In this document: piece by piece, positions 1-10,139 of the stretch
How the letters are laid out: every line of letters begins with the position of its first letter
How positions within the stretch are numbered: the stretch's first letter is position 1
Assembly (NCBI GenBank): GCA_027025555.1
Contig: JALVQN010000211.1
Span: forward strand, 1-61,904
DNA length: 61,904 nucleotides
Reading direction: 5' to 3'
Origin: Desulfobacterales bacterium
GTDB taxonomy: Bacteria > Desulfobacterota > Desulfobacteria > Desulfobacterales > UBA2156
Made by a program: the position numbers and the translations under genes
The notes under the pieces: generated by a model
The model's input: only the letters and a program-made list of their open reading frames with translations
Told to the model about the DNA's origin: nothing
Databases searched by the model: none

Positions 1-118
1 ATTTCCACCAAGAGCCCCCCTCCCCGGGAGATGATGTCCTTGTATCTCTCAAAGAGTGTGGTGCGGTTTTCTTCAGAAACCTCGGGATCGGCGATGACGA
101 TGGTTTCGTATCGTTTCA
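1..118 (-). CDS. rpsF: 30S ribosomal protein bS6, N-terminal part (gene runs off the left edge)
   Basis: Reverse complement from the ATG at 118-116 reads MKRYETIVIADPEVSEENRTTLFERYKDIISRGGGLLVE, which fits the conserved bS6 N-terminus pattern. It is absent from the ORF track because the window edge truncates it. Confidence 0.6.
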
Positions 119-281
119 TGAGACCTCCTTACGGCTGTTCAGCCCCGGGCCGACATCCCGGAGCAAGGATGGTGAAAGGCTAATTTTTTAAAAAGATCCT
201 TTTAGAGAAAAGAAAGGCGCTTGTCAATGCTTTTATTGCAGGTTTTCTCCCGGTTTGATTCGGGAGCGATCAGGGGGGCGG

Positions 282-941
282 TCATTGGAGTTCCCGGATC
301 TTTTCGATGTCCGGGGTCTTGCCGATTAGAATCAGGATGTCGCTGTCTTTGACCACGAAGTCCGCCGAAGGGATGACCACAAAGCGTTCCGGGACCAGTT
401 CCTTCACCGCGATGATGTAGACCCCGTAGCGGCGCCTCAGGTCGATTTCCGAAAGCTTTTTGCCGATGAAGGACAGGGGCGGATCGAGTTCCATGAGGGT
501 GTACCCTTCTTCTTGAAGGGGCAAAAATTCGATGATGTTGGGCCGGGTGAGCCGAAAGGCCAGCCGGGAGGCCATGTCTTTGTTGGGCCGGATGGTTTCG
601 GAGACCCCGACTTTTTTCAAGATTTGTGCATGGATGTCGTCTTCCGCCTTGGCGATGATGTTTTTGATCTTAAGTTCATGGAGGTGGTAGCAGATCAGGA
701 TGCTGGTGGAGATGTTGGCGCCGGTGCTGACGATGACGGCGTCCATTTCCTCAATGCCCAGGCCTTTGAGGGATTCCACATCGGTGGCGTCGAGCACGAT
801 GGCATGGGTGGCGTAGGGCGCCACGCCTTGAATGCGATCCCGGTTGCGATCGATGGCAATCACCTCGTTGTTTTCCTCGAAAAGGGTCCTTGCCACATGG
901 AAACCGAAACTCCCCACTCCGATGACGCCGATGCGTTTCAT
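282..941 (-). CDS. trkA: K+ uptake system NAD-binding peripheral subunit (TrkA/KtrA family)
   Basis: 219 aa with an N-terminal Rossmann motif (IGVIGVGSFG) and a C-terminal TrkA-C-like domain. Lies 12 nt downstream of the TrkH-like gene. Confidence 0.85.
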   Translation of the reverse strand: MKRIGVIGVGSFGFHVARTLFEENNEVIAIDRNRDRIQGVAPYATHAIVLDATDVESLKGLGIEEMDAVIVSTGANISTSILICYHLHELKIKNIIAKAEDDIHAQILKKVGVSETIRPNKDMASRLAFRLTRPNIIEFLPLQEEGYTLMELDPPLSFIGKKLSEIDLRRRYGVYIIAVKELVPERFVVIPSADFVVKDSDILILIGKTPDIEKIRELQ

Positions 942-953
942 GGAAACCCTCCG

Positions 954-2324
954 TCAACCGATCATAAGGTTTTCTTGGGCGTATTCCAGGCCTTTTTTGG
1001 AAACAGGCCCCGTGATGATATAGGCAAAGGTCGGCACCCCCACCCGGCCGATGACCATGACGGCGATGATGATCAGCTTGCCCAAGGGATTCAAGGCACT
1101 CGTGGCCCCCATGGAAAGCCCCACGGTACCGAATGCCGAGATGGTTTCAAAGAGCAACCTTAAAAAGCGGCTGTGGTCCGGCGTGCCGGTGCCGTTTCCC
1201 ATGTCTGTCAAAAGGAGCAGGAAAAAGGCCGCTGCAACGATGCCGATGGACAAAAGGACCATGGACAGCGCCTTGGTGGTGGTGTCCTCGGGGAGGGTCT
1301 TTTTAAAGAGGCTGACGCGCCGCCATCCCTTCAGGCGGCTTTTCGAGAAGGCCGCCAGTACGGCCAGGGTGGTGGTTTTCACCCCGCCTCCGCAGGAACC
1401 GGGGGAAGCCCCGAAAAACATCAGAAACATCATCATGGCGAGGCTGGCATTGTTCAGGCCGGCGATGTCCACAGTGTTGAAGCCGGCGGTCCGGCAGGTG
1501 ACGGACTGGAACAGGGCGGCCATCCATCCATCGAAAGGGCCCTGTTCCTGGAGGAGGCGCCTTTCGGCCAGGATCAACATGACGGCACCCAAAACGATGA
1601 GCACGCCGCTGGTCCACAGGACCGCCTTGGTTTGAATGGAAAAGCGGCGTATCTTCCCTTTCTTGGATACGATTTTCGAATATATTTCAAAAACCACGGG
1701 AAACCCCAGCCCGCCCAAGACGATGAGGCTGCCCACGGTCAGATTCAACACAATGGACGTCCGCTCCATTATAAAACTCGTGGAAAACAGAGAAAAACCG
1801 GCGTTGCAAAAAGCCGAAACGGCATGGAAAAGGCCCAAAAAGAGGGCTTTTCCCAAGGGATACGTTTTCCACCAATGGAAAAACAGCAGCAGCGTCCCGC
1901 AGCATTCCACAGCGGCCGTGAAGACAAGGATCGACTTGAGCAGCGTGTAGATGTCTTTCCGGGGCGTGTGCGAGAAGATCTCCTGAACCGCCATGCGGTG
2001 TTGAAAAAGGACCCTCAATCCGATGAGATGGAAGAACATCACCGAAAGCGTCATGATGCCCAGGCCCCCCAACTGGATGAGACCCAGGATCACGGTCTGG
2101 CCAAAGCGCGTGAAATCGCCTGCCGTATCCAGGACGATGAGCCCGGTGACGCATACGGCGGACGTTGCCGTAAAGAGCGCATCGATGAAAGGGATGCCGT
2201 GGGTCACCGTGGCTGCAGGCAGCATCAGCAGAGCGATCCCGATCCCGATGGCCGCAAGGTAGCTGAAGAGCATCAAAAAGGCCGGGTGAAGCCTGTTCAG
2301 TCTTTGCAAGATCCGTTTGAACAT
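954..2324 (-). CDS. trkH: K+ transporter membrane subunit (TrkH/KtrB family)
   Basis: Polytopic membrane protein with repeated pore-loop-like segments (TAVCVTGL, CNAGFS, RTAGFNT, GTVGLS). Start placed at MFKRIL (2324) rather than the upstream ATG at 2360. Confidence 0.85.
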   Translation of the reverse strand: MFKRILQRLNRLHPAFLMLFSYLAAIGIGIALLMLPAATVTHGIPFIDALFTATSAVCVTGLIVLDTAGDFTRFGQTVILGLIQLGGLGIMTLSVMFFHLIGLRVLFQHRMAVQEIFSHTPRKDIYTLLKSILVFTAAVECCGTLLLFFHWWKTYPLGKALFLGLFHAVSAFCNAGFSLFSTSFIMERTSIVLNLTVGSLIVLGGLGFPVVFEIYSKIVSKKGKIRRFSIQTKAVLWTSGVLIVLGAVMLILAERRLLQEQGPFDGWMAALFQSVTCRTAGFNTVDIAGLNNASLAMMMFLMFFGASPGSCGGGVKTTTLAVLAAFSKSRLKGWRRVSLFKKTLPEDTTTKALSMVLLSIGIVAAAFFLLLLTDMGNGTGTPDHSRFLRLLFETISAFGTVGLSMGATSALNPLGKLIIIAVMVIGRVGVPTFAYIITGPVSKKGLEYAQENLMIG

Positions 2325-2534
2325 GGGGGCGCCGTGCCCTGGACAGGGCCCAAATGCCATGGGCCGCTTCCCGATGGTGTTCGATTCAAGGAGGTTCCCT
2401 TTTCCCTGTCTTGGCCCTTATCCCTTTTTGCCGTATTTGGCAACCGCTTGGGATGGGAAAGCCCATATACATGGGCGATCCGCCTGGAAGAGGCGCCGGT
2501 TGACACCCGGGGGATTCCTGATAGAGTGCATCCG

Positions 2535-3644
2535 ATGAAAAAGAAGCCGACAACCCGCACTTTCGGGCACGTGCGGGTCCCCTTGAAACGGGTCCACCTG
2601 GAACTGACCAATGTGTGTGAGTTCAACTGCGTCTTTTGCCCCAAGTCCCGCATGACGCGGCCGCCCGGATTCATGGAGACACGCCTTGCCAAGGAGACGC
2701 TTTCGACCCTGGGCGCCGAAGGCATCTGTGACAAGGTGACGCTGCACGTCATGGGAGAGCCCACCCTTCACAAGGATTTTTTCGAAATTCTCGCCCATGC
2801 CCGGAACCGGAAGGTCCCCATCGGGCTCACCACCAACGGAAGAAGCCTGGGCGGGCCTGTGGGACGGCGTCTCCTGTCGTATCCGTTGCACCAGATCGAT
2901 GTCTCGCTTCAGACGCCCGATCCCGCTTCTTTTTCTTTACGGAAAGCCCGATCCTTGTCCTTTGAGGCGTATCTGTCGGGGATTCTGGACTTCTTTTTTG
3001 CTTACAAGAAACGGTATCCCGAAACGATTTTCAAATTCCGCTTTCTCAATACCCGATTTTCAAAAAAGGAGATGGAGAAGGCCGCGGGTCCGTTGAAGGT
3101 CATCTCCTCCACGCGGCAGCTCCGGCGGCTCTTTCATCTGTGGGCAAATCGGGTGCACACGGGCTTAAATACCGATCCCGTTCAAAAGGCGGCCGTGGAC
3201 AAAAAGATCGATACGCTGGTGACCTATAAGTGGAACGTCCTCGAGGTGCATCCCCGGGTCTACTTCGAGACCTATGTCCTGGAGGATTGGGGGCACGCCT
3301 TTGACTCGCGCCCGGTTCGGGAGGCCTGGGCCGGATATTGTTTCGGCATGCGGGACCACTTCGCCGTCCTGTACAATGGGGATGTCACCCTGTGTTGCAT
3401 CGATTACGACGGCCAGACCGCCATCGGAAACCTGAAAGAAGCTTCCCTGGAACAGATCCTGTCTTCCGATGCGCTCGGTGAGATCCTGGCGGGCTTTGAT
3501 CGTTTTCGGCTGGTCCATCCCTATTGCAAAAAGTGCCTGGGCAGTACGGGACGGGTTTCCTGGCTCGTCAAGCCCCTGGCCTCCATTGCCGCCCTTAAAC
3601 TCCTGAGGCCCTTTTTCTACGCCAAAAAGAGAATCGATTCCTAG
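2535..3644 (+). CDS. radical SAM protein with C-terminal SPASM-like Cys cluster
   Basis: CEFNCVFC (CX3CX2C) near the N-terminus. C-terminal Cys-rich region (CFG...LCCIDYDG...YCKKC). Only the last 369 codons of ORF 1173..3644 are used; the upstream part is antisense to trkH. Confidence 0.8.
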   Translation: MKKKPTTRTFGHVRVPLKRVHLELTNVCEFNCVFCPKSRMTRPPGFMETRLAKETLSTLGAEGICDKVTLHVMGEPTLHKDFFEILAHARNRKVPIGLTTNGRSLGGPVGRRLLSYPLHQIDVSLQTPDPASFSLRKARSLSFEAYLSGILDFFFAYKKRYPETIFKFRFLNTRFSKKEMEKAAGPLKVISSTRQLRRLFHLWANRVHTGLNTDPVQKAAVDKKIDTLVTYKWNVLEVHPRVYFETYVLEDWGHAFDSRPVREAWAGYCFGMRDHFAVLYNGDVTLCCIDYDGQTAIGNLKEASLEQILSSDALGEILAGFDRFRLVHPYCKKCLGSTGRVSWLVKPLASIAALKLLRPFFYAKKRIDS

Positions 3645-3692
3645 ACCCTCGGACGCAGGCCGCCCTTTTCCCCCGGGACCCGGTATCCGGGA

Positions 3693-5258
3693 TCAAGCGA
3701 AATGCCTTGGATTCAGATCATACTTCTTGAGCCGGTATTGGAGGGTGGAGCGCGGCAGACCCAGAAGCCGGGCGGCTCCGTTTTCGCCGCCCACCACGCC
3801 GCGGCACTGGATCAAGGCCTGACGGATGTGTTCCCGTTCCACTTCATCCAGGGTCGCCACCCTGGAGGGGATCGGGAGGTTGCCGTTGATTTGCAGCACC
3901 TGTTCAATATCGCTTTCACGAATCCGTTCGTCCGGGCGTAAAATGATCATTCTTTTGATGAAGTTTTTCAGCTCTCGCACGTTGCCCGGCCAATGATATT
4001 GGCATAGAGCATCCAAGGCCCGGTCCGTGTAACGGGGCGCCAGTCGATTTATTCTTTTGGCTTGTAGTTCGGTGAGTTTTTCCACCAGCAGCGGGATGTC
4101 TTCTTTGCGTTGTCTCAAGGGCGGCACGTTGATGTTGACGGCATTGAGTCGATAGTAGAGGTCTTTCCGGAATTGACCGGCGGCAACGGCCGCCTCGATG
4201 TCCTTGTTGGTGGCGGCAATAACCCGAAAATCCACTTCTATGGAGCGGCTGTCTCCCACCCGTTCGAAACGGCGATCCTGCAAGACGTGCAGCAGTTTGG
4301 CCTGCAGGGACGCCGGCAGTTCCCCGACTTCGTCCAGAAACATGGTGCCGCCGCTGGCCATTTCGAAACGCCCGGTGCGCCGGGTGTCCGCCCCGGTGAA
4401 GGCGCCCTTGGCATGACCGAAAAGCTCGCTTTCAAAAAGCGAGGATGTCAGTGCCGGGCAGTTGGTCTTCACGAAGAGCTTGTCCCGGCGGGGGCTCAGG
4501 TTGTGAATGCAGCGGGCGATGTAGTCCTTGCCGGTCCCGGTCTCCCCGGTGATCAGCACGGTCACGTCCGTGTCGGCCAGGCGCTCGATGAGCTGCATGA
4601 TTTCCCCCATGGCCGGAGAGGCGAAAAAAAATCCGTCCGCATGGTAGTCCTCATCGGCATGGGCCATCAGGAACTGCTTTTCCCGCACCAGGTGGGCGTT
4701 GAGTTGCTTCAAATGGGTGTAGGCCAGCATGTTGTCCACGGCGATGGCCACCTGGTTGGAGACTTCGGTGAGCACTTGGGTCAGTTCCGGGATGTCCGCG
4801 GGTTTTTGGCGGAAGGAAAAATTGATGGTGCCTAAAATCATCCGGCGAACCACCAGGGGAAACGCCATGGTGCAGGTCAGCCCGGCAGCAAGCATGGAAC
4901 CGACGGAACTGCTGTCCCGGTAACGGCCCAGGTCTTCAATGATCACCGGTTTGCCGGAAAGGATGGCCATCTGGCTGATGGTGCCCTTGGAGAGGGGCCG
5001 GCTGTCTTTGCAGGAGATGCCGGCCGGATCGATGCCGTCGGAAGCGGCAAAATAGCTCAAGGACTGGGTGTCGGGATCATAGAGGTTGATGCTCAGGCGG
5101 TCATAGGAGAAGTGCTTGCGCAACTCGGTGGCCAGGGCCCGGAAAAGTTCCTCGCGGGTGGTGCGAGTGATAACGGCATTGTTGATTTTCAGAAGAATCT
5201 GATAGCGGGTCGCCGGATTCCAGCGCATGGGCAGGCTCCTGTAGGCATCGATCGACAA
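3693..5258 (-). CDS. sigma54-dependent transcriptional activator with N-terminal GAF domain
   Basis: 521 aa with Walker A (GETGTGKD), the GAFTGA sigma54-contact motif and a C-terminal Fis-type HTH. The N-terminal roughly 180 aa are GAF-like. Divergent from the uxaA-like operon. Confidence 0.9.
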   Translation of the reverse strand: MSIDAYRSLPMRWNPATRYQILLKINNAVITRTTREELFRALATELRKHFSYDRLSINLYDPDTQSLSYFAASDGIDPAGISCKDSRPLSKGTISQMAILSGKPVIIEDLGRYRDSSSVGSMLAAGLTCTMAFPLVVRRMILGTINFSFRQKPADIPELTQVLTEVSNQVAIAVDNMLAYTHLKQLNAHLVREKQFLMAHADEDYHADGFFFASPAMGEIMQLIERLADTDVTVLITGETGTGKDYIARCIHNLSPRRDKLFVKTNCPALTSSLFESELFGHAKGAFTGADTRRTGRFEMASGGTMFLDEVGELPASLQAKLLHVLQDRRFERVGDSRSIEVDFRVIAATNKDIEAAVAAGQFRKDLYYRLNAVNINVPPLRQRKEDIPLLVEKLTELQAKRINRLAPRYTDRALDALCQYHWPGNVRELKNFIKRMIILRPDERIRESDIEQVLQINGNLPIPSRVATLDEVEREHIRQALIQCRGVVGGENGAARLLGLPRSTLQYRLKKYDLNPRHFA

Positions 5259-5301
5259 AAGAGGCTGCGGAAGACTTTACCACCGGGAAGGTCAAAGTCA
5301 A

Positions 5302-5334
5302 GCCCAATATTGGGCATCATGCCCAATATTGGGC
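5302..5334. promoter_or_regulatory. two copies of the perfect 14-bp palindrome GCCCAATATTGGGC (candidate activator UAS)
   Basis: GCCCAATATTGGGC occurs at 5302-5315 and 5321-5334, with a degenerate third copy (GCCCAATGTTCCGC) at 5346-5359. They lie about 80-110 bp upstream of the -24/-12 element and next to the activator gene. Confidence 0.5.
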
Positions 5335-5412
5335 CCCAAAATCAGGCCCAATGTTCCGCCCTTGATAATAAAATATACTATTATATCCAAAAGTTACAAA
5401 TTTCCGGCATCC

Positions 5413-5427
5413 GGCATGGGATTTGCA
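5413..5427 (+). promoter_or_regulatory. sigma54 (-24/-12) promoter candidate
   Basis: GGCATgggatTTGCA with canonical GG-to-GC spacing (12 nt). Oriented toward the ATG at 5564. Confidence 0.6.
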
Positions 5428-5563
5428 GTCATCGTCTTTGAAAGCGCAAAGCGCATCGAAAAAATGATTTTTCAAGCGTTTCTTTTTTCCAAGACACGGG
5501 TGTTCACGCTGGAATTGACCTGAAACCATTTATTCAACATTGCCAACAGAATGGAGGGCGAAG

Positions 5564-5842
5564 ATGATCCAATTTTTAATTCATGACAGCCAGGATACGG
5601 TGGGTGTGGCGACGGTGGACATCAAGGCCGGAGAGGGGGCTCAGGGGCTTTACATGGACAGCCAGGAGAAGATGGAGGTAAGCGCGCTGCAGGATATCCC
5701 GCTTGGCCACAAGATCGCCCTGGCGGACCACAAGGTAGACGACGGGGTGATCAAATACGGCCATGATATTGGCCGCGTCGTGGCGCCCATTAAGAAAGGC
5801 GAACATGTTCACATTCACAATTTGAAAACCAGGAGGTGGTAA
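5564..5842 (+). CDS. UxaA-family small subunit (SAF domain), SuyA-like
   Basis: 92 aa matching the N-terminal SAF domain of altronate/galactarate dehydratases ([22 protein letters not shown]). Encoded separately from the catalytic part. GGAGGG RBS precedes the ATG at 5564. Confidence 0.75.
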   Translation: MIQFLIHDSQDTVGVATVDIKAGEGAQGLYMDSQEKMEVSALQDIPLGHKIALADHKVDDGVIKYGHDIGRVVAPIKKGEHVHIHNLKTRRW

Positions 5843-5844
5843 CC

Positions 5845-7011
5845 ATGAGCAATTTGGGAACCGTATGGGGATACAGGCGCGAAAACGGGCGGGTGGGCAT
5901 CCGCAACCATGTTGTGATTCTACCCCTGGATGACCTTTCAAACTCGGCATGCGAGAAGGTGGCTTACAGCGTCAAGGGGTGCAAGGCGATTCCCCATGCT
6001 TACGGGCGGTTGCAATTCGGCAAGGACCTGGAGCTTTTTTTCCGCACCCTAATCGGCACCGGTGCCAATCCGAATGTGGCGGCTGTGGTGGTCATCGGCA
6101 TCGAGCCCGAATGGACCAACACCATCGTTGAGGGCATCGCTGAAACCGGCAAACCCGTGGTCGGTTTTTCCATCGAACGCTACGGCGATTTCAAGACCGT
6201 CGAAATGGCTTCCCGGAAGGCTTACGAGTTCATGCAATGGGCCAGCGAGCAGCGGCGTGAAGAAGCCGACCTGAAGGAGATCTGGGTTTCGACCAAATGC
6301 GGCGAGTCGGATACAACCAGCGGACTGGCCTCGAACCCTACGGTGGGCAATGTCTTTGACAGGCTGGTTGCAGCCGGTGCAACCTGCAGTTTCGGGGAAA
6401 CCTCCGAGATCACCGGGGGTGAAGAGGTATGTAAACAACGGGCCGCCACGGTGGAAGCGGGCGAAGAATTCATGCGGATTTTTAATGCCTACCAAGCCAT
6501 GATCGAGCGTTACAAGACCGATGATCTGTCCGGCAGCCAGCCCACCAAGGGCAACATCCGGGGCGGGTTGACCACCATCGAAGAGAAGGCCCTGGGCAAT
6601 CTGCAGAAAATTGGCAAGACATGCCGATACGTGGGCTGCCTGGACAAGGCCGAAAGCCCGAAAGGGCCCGGTCTCTGGTTCATGGACACTTCCTCGGCGG
6701 CCGCCGAGGCGGTCACCCTGTGGGCGGCGGCCGGATTCGTGGCGCATCTGTTCCCCACCGGTCAGGGGAACATCGTGGGCAATCCCATCGAACCGGTGAT
6801 CAAGCTGTCGGCCAATCCCTTGACGGTCAAAACCATGGCCGAGCACATCGACTACGACTGCTCGGCGATCCTGAAGGGGGAGATGACACTGGACGAGTCC
6901 GGTGAAGGCCTGCTGGAAATATTGAAAAGAACCTGCAACGGCCGCCTGACGGCCACCGAACTGCTGGGGCATGAAGAGTTCGTGCTGACCAAGCTTTACG
7001 AGAGTGCTTAA
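5845..7011 (+). CDS. UxaA-family large (catalytic) subunit, SuyB-like
   Basis: 388 aa corresponding to the C-terminal domain of altronate/galactarate dehydratase ([32 protein letters not shown]). AGGAGG RBS. Starts 2 nt after the small-subunit stop. Confidence 0.8.
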   Translation: MSNLGTVWGYRRENGRVGIRNHVVILPLDDLSNSACEKVAYSVKGCKAIPHAYGRLQFGKDLELFFRTLIGTGANPNVAAVVVIGIEPEWTNTIVEGIAETGKPVVGFSIERYGDFKTVEMASRKAYEFMQWASEQRREEADLKEIWVSTKCGESDTTSGLASNPTVGNVFDRLVAAGATCSFGETSEITGGEEVCKQRAATVEAGEEFMRIFNAYQAMIERYKTDDLSGSQPTKGNIRGGLTTIEEKALGNLQKIGKTCRYVGCLDKAESPKGPGLWFMDTSSAAAEAVTLWAAAGFVAHLFPTGQGNIVGNPIEPVIKLSANPLTVKTMAEHIDYDCSAILKGEMTLDESGEGLLEILKRTCNGRLTATELLGHEEFVLTKLYESA

Positions 7012-7122
7012 AGAGTGTTGGGGAGGGGATTTTCCGGCCTGCGGATGAAAATCAACCAAGGATACATAAGGCTTAGGAACTGTTTCAGAACCAAAAAGGG
7101 ACAAGAGAAAGGAGGCCGTACC

Positions 7123-8073
7123 ATGAAGCGGATGCTCAGTATATTTTTGGCCCTGGTCTGTGTGATGATGTTTGCCGTGCCCACCCTGGCCGGCAAGTAT
7201 CCCGCCAAAAAGATCGTTTACCAGATCCCGTTTAACCCCGGAGGCCAGTCGGATCTGGAAGCCCGCCGCCAGCAGCCGCTGCTGGAGAAACTGCTGGGCG
7301 TAAAGGTGGTGATCGAATACAAGCCCGGCGGCGGGGGATCCGTGGGCTGGGCCAACCTGGTGCGCAAGAAGCCGGACGGCTATTTTATTTCCGGCATCAA
7401 CATTCCCCACATCATTTTGCAGCCCCTGGCCAGGGGCAATGCAGGCTACAAGACCGAGCAGATTGTGCCCATCGCCTTTTTCCAGGCCACGCCCATCGGG
7501 CTGGCGGTCTTGAAAAAATCCCCCTTCAAGACCCTCAAGGATTTCGTGGACTACGCCAAAAAGAACCCCGGCGCCATCACCGTCGGCGGTTCCGGCACCT
7601 GGTCCGGGCACCACATCGCCAACTTGCAGTTCCAGAAGATGGCCGGCATCAAGCTGACCTACATCCCCAGCAAGGGAGCGGCTCCCAGCGTGGCCTCTTT
7701 TTTGGGCGGGCACGTGCAGGCCTTGTGGGGCAACTCCAATGACCTGTACCAGCACCGGGAACGTATCCGGGTGCTGGGTTTCGGCACCGAGAAACCCTTC
7801 GCGCCCATGCCCGAGGTTCCCACTTTCAAGAGCCAGGGGTATGCCCTGTTGGCCTCCATAGACCGGGGAGCCGGGGCGCCTCCCGGAACGCCTCCAGAGA
7901 TTATCCAGGTTCTGGAAAAGGCCTTTCTCACCATTGCCAACGACCCCGCCATCAAGGCGAAAATGCTCCAAGACGGGTTTATTCCCATTGCCATGGATTC
8001 GGCCCGGAGCAAGGCCTACATCGCCGAAAAGATCAAGCAGTGGGCGCCGGTGGTCAAGGAGTTTAAAAAGTAG
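7123..8073 (+). CDS. tctC: tripartite tricarboxylate transporter (TTT) substrate-binding protein, TctC/Bug family
   Basis: Signal peptide MKRMLSIFLALVCVMMFAVPTLA. Bug-family signature region FNPGGQSD...KPGGGGSVG. Confidence 0.85.
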   Translation: MKRMLSIFLALVCVMMFAVPTLAGKYPAKKIVYQIPFNPGGQSDLEARRQQPLLEKLLGVKVVIEYKPGGGGSVGWANLVRKKPDGYFISGINIPHIILQPLARGNAGYKTEQIVPIAFFQATPIGLAVLKKSPFKTLKDFVDYAKKNPGAITVGGSGTWSGHHIANLQFQKMAGIKLTYIPSKGAAPSVASFLGGHVQALWGNSNDLYQHRERIRVLGFGTEKPFAPMPEVPTFKSQGYALLASIDRGAGAPPGTPPEIIQVLEKAFLTIANDPAIKAKMLQDGFIPIAMDSARSKAYIAEKIKQWAPVVKEFKK

Positions 8074-8149
8074 AGCGATCCTGCAGACATTCCAACTCGG
8101 GGGCCGGCACCTCTCCCGCCGGCCCCCCCACCCATGAAGCGGTGCGGAC

Positions 8150-9676
8150 ATGCTTGATGCGGCAATCTCGGGTCTCGGCCACGTCTTCGAATTTTACAAT
8201 TTTTTATCCCTTTTCATCGGCGTGGTCATGGGAATCCTCTTCGGGGCGCTTCCCGGCCTGACGGCCACCATGGGACTGGCCCTGTTGGTCCCGTTTACCT
8301 TTACCATGTCACCGGCCAGCGGACTGATCATGTTGGCCGGCATCTACGTGGGGTCCATGTACGGGGATGCCATCCCCGCCACCCTGATCAACACACCCGG
8401 CACGCCGGCGGCCATCGCCACCACATTCGACGGGTTTCCCCTGGCTCAGAAGGGCATGGCCCAGCACGCCCTGGTCACCGCGGCGGTGGCGTCGTCGTTC
8501 GGATCCCTGCTGGCCAACATCGTGCTGGCCTTCGCCGCCCCGCCCCTGGCCGAGGCCTCCCTGAAGTTCGGTCCCTCCGAGTATTTCTGGCTGGGCGTGT
8601 TCGGCCTGACCATTATCGCCACCCTGTCTTCCGGTTTTATTTTCAAGGGCCTGCTGGGCGGGGCCATGGGGTTGATCCTGAGCACCGTGGGGATGTCGCC
8701 CCTGGGGGGTGATGTCCGGCTCACCTTCGGTTTCCCGGAACTGCAGGCGGGCATCGATTTGATCGTGGCGTTGATCGGCTTTTTCTGTTTGCCCGAGATT
8801 CTCACCAGCATCGTGGGACAGCGGCGCCGTTCCTATACTTCCCGGCAGGTCAACCCCAGCCTGAAGGTCATCGGCGAAGTCATCCGGGACCTGTTCAGGC
8901 AACCCGTTTTGATGCTGCGCTCCTCTTTCATCGGCACCATTATCGGGTTTGCGCCGGGCGCCGGGGGCAACATCGCCAGCATGGTTTCTTACAACGAGGC
9001 GGTTCGCTGGGACAAGCACCCGGAAGAGTACGGCAAGGGAACCATCAAGGGGGTGGCGGCCTCGGAGGCGGCCAACAGCGCCATGGCGCCCGGGTCGCTG
9101 ATACCGCTGTTGACCCTGGGCATTCCCGGCTCCCCTCCTGCGGCGGTCATCCTCGGCGCCTTGATGCTGCACGGCATGCGTCCCGGCGCGGAGCTGTTTT
9201 CCGCCTATGCCGACGTGACCTATGCCTTCATCATGGGACTGCTGGTGGCGGCCTTCCTGGTGACGCTCATCGGCACCTTCGGCTCATTCGTCTTTTCCCG
9301 CATCATCAACATTCCAGCGCGTTTTTTGGCCCCGGTCGTGGTTTTCATGACGATCCTGGGATCATACGCCATTCGCAACAACGTGCTGGATGTGTGGATC
9401 ATGCTGGTGTTCGGCATCATCGGTTTGGTCAGCAACAAGCTCAAGTTCCACCCGGCCACCATCGTGCTGGGCCTTATCCTGGGACCTTTCGTGGAGGAGG
9501 GCCTGGTCCAGTCCATCCTGGCCGGAAAAGCGGCGGGCAGCGTTATCCGTTACATGACCCTCCAGCCCATTTCCATGGTGCTGATCGCCATGAGCCTGAT
9601 GTCCGCCCTGTGGCCGCTGTATGCTTCCTGGCGGGAAAAGAAGCGGAACCCAGCCAGGGGCGCCAGAGAGAAATGA
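8150..9676 (+). CDS. tctA: TTT large permease, TctA family
   Basis: 508-aa polytopic protein with TctA-type motifs (GALPGLTATMG, GFAPGAGGNIAS, LGIPGSPP). Confidence 0.9.
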   Translation: MLDAAISGLGHVFEFYNFLSLFIGVVMGILFGALPGLTATMGLALLVPFTFTMSPASGLIMLAGIYVGSMYGDAIPATLINTPGTPAAIATTFDGFPLAQKGMAQHALVTAAVASSFGSLLANIVLAFAAPPLAEASLKFGPSEYFWLGVFGLTIIATLSSGFIFKGLLGGAMGLILSTVGMSPLGGDVRLTFGFPELQAGIDLIVALIGFFCLPEILTSIVGQRRRSYTSRQVNPSLKVIGEVIRDLFRQPVLMLRSSFIGTIIGFAPGAGGNIASMVSYNEAVRWDKHPEEYGKGTIKGVAASEAANSAMAPGSLIPLLTLGIPGSPPAAVILGALMLHGMRPGAELFSAYADVTYAFIMGLLVAAFLVTLIGTFGSFVFSRIINIPARFLAPVVVFMTILGSYAIRNNVLDVWIMLVFGIIGLVSNKLKFHPATIVLGLILGPFVEEGLVQSILAGKAAGSVIRYMTLQPISMVLIAMSLMSALWPLYASWREKKRNPARGAREK

Positions 9677-10125
9677 GCATGTTGAATGCGGATTTGATCA
9701 TCGGCATCTTCGCCTGGGTGGTGGGAGGCGTGGTTTTCGTCACGACTCGAGAGCTGAGCCCTCTGGGCGGCATGTTTGTCAACTATGTGCTGGTGGCCAT
9801 CTTTTTTCTGGGGGCCCTCATGCTCCTCAAGGGCTTCATAAAACCGGAAAAAATACAATTTTTTGAATCTGCGGGGGAACGTCGTAACATTATCATCGGG
9901 GTGGTCATGTTGGTGGTTTATTTGTATTTCATGCCCAAGGCGGGGTTTCTGCCGACAAGCTACATATTCTATATGGCCTTCAACATGTTTCTGGCCGAAG
10001 CGCCCTGGGCGCGGAAAAGCATCCTGCAATCGGCAGCGCTCAGTGCCGTGGTGGTCACCTTTTTTTACATGGTGTTTCATTACGGCCTGGGGGTTCCTTT
10101 GCCTGCCGGCGCATGGTGGGAGTAG
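9673..10125 (+). CDS. tctB: TTT small permease, TctB family
   Basis: 150-aa protein with 4 TM segments. Its ATG overlaps the tctA stop (ATGA). The order C-A-B differs from the usual C-B-A. Confidence 0.7.
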   Translation: MSMLNADLIIGIFAWVVGGVVFVTTRELSPLGGMFVNYVLVAIFFLGALMLLKGFIKPEKIQFFESAGERRNIIIGVVMLVVYLYFMPKAGFLPTSYIFYMAFNMFLAEAPWARKSILQSAALSAVVVTFFYMVFHYGLGVPLPAGAWWE

Positions 10126-10139
10126 AGGGATGTGGTGTT

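Noticed and set aside
1173-2534. The N-terminal roughly 450 codons of the 823-aa ORF 1173..3644 (+).
   Set aside because: This part is antisense to the well-supported trkH gene. Its translation is Arg/Gly/His/Pro-rich with no domain-like pattern. The recognisable radical SAM protein starts at the ATG at 2535.
6049-8151. A 700-aa ORF on the minus strand.
   Set aside because: It is antisense to the UxaA-like large subunit and tctC genes. The composition is low-complexity (G/R/P/H/Q), typical of open antisense frames in GC-rich DNA, with no motifs.
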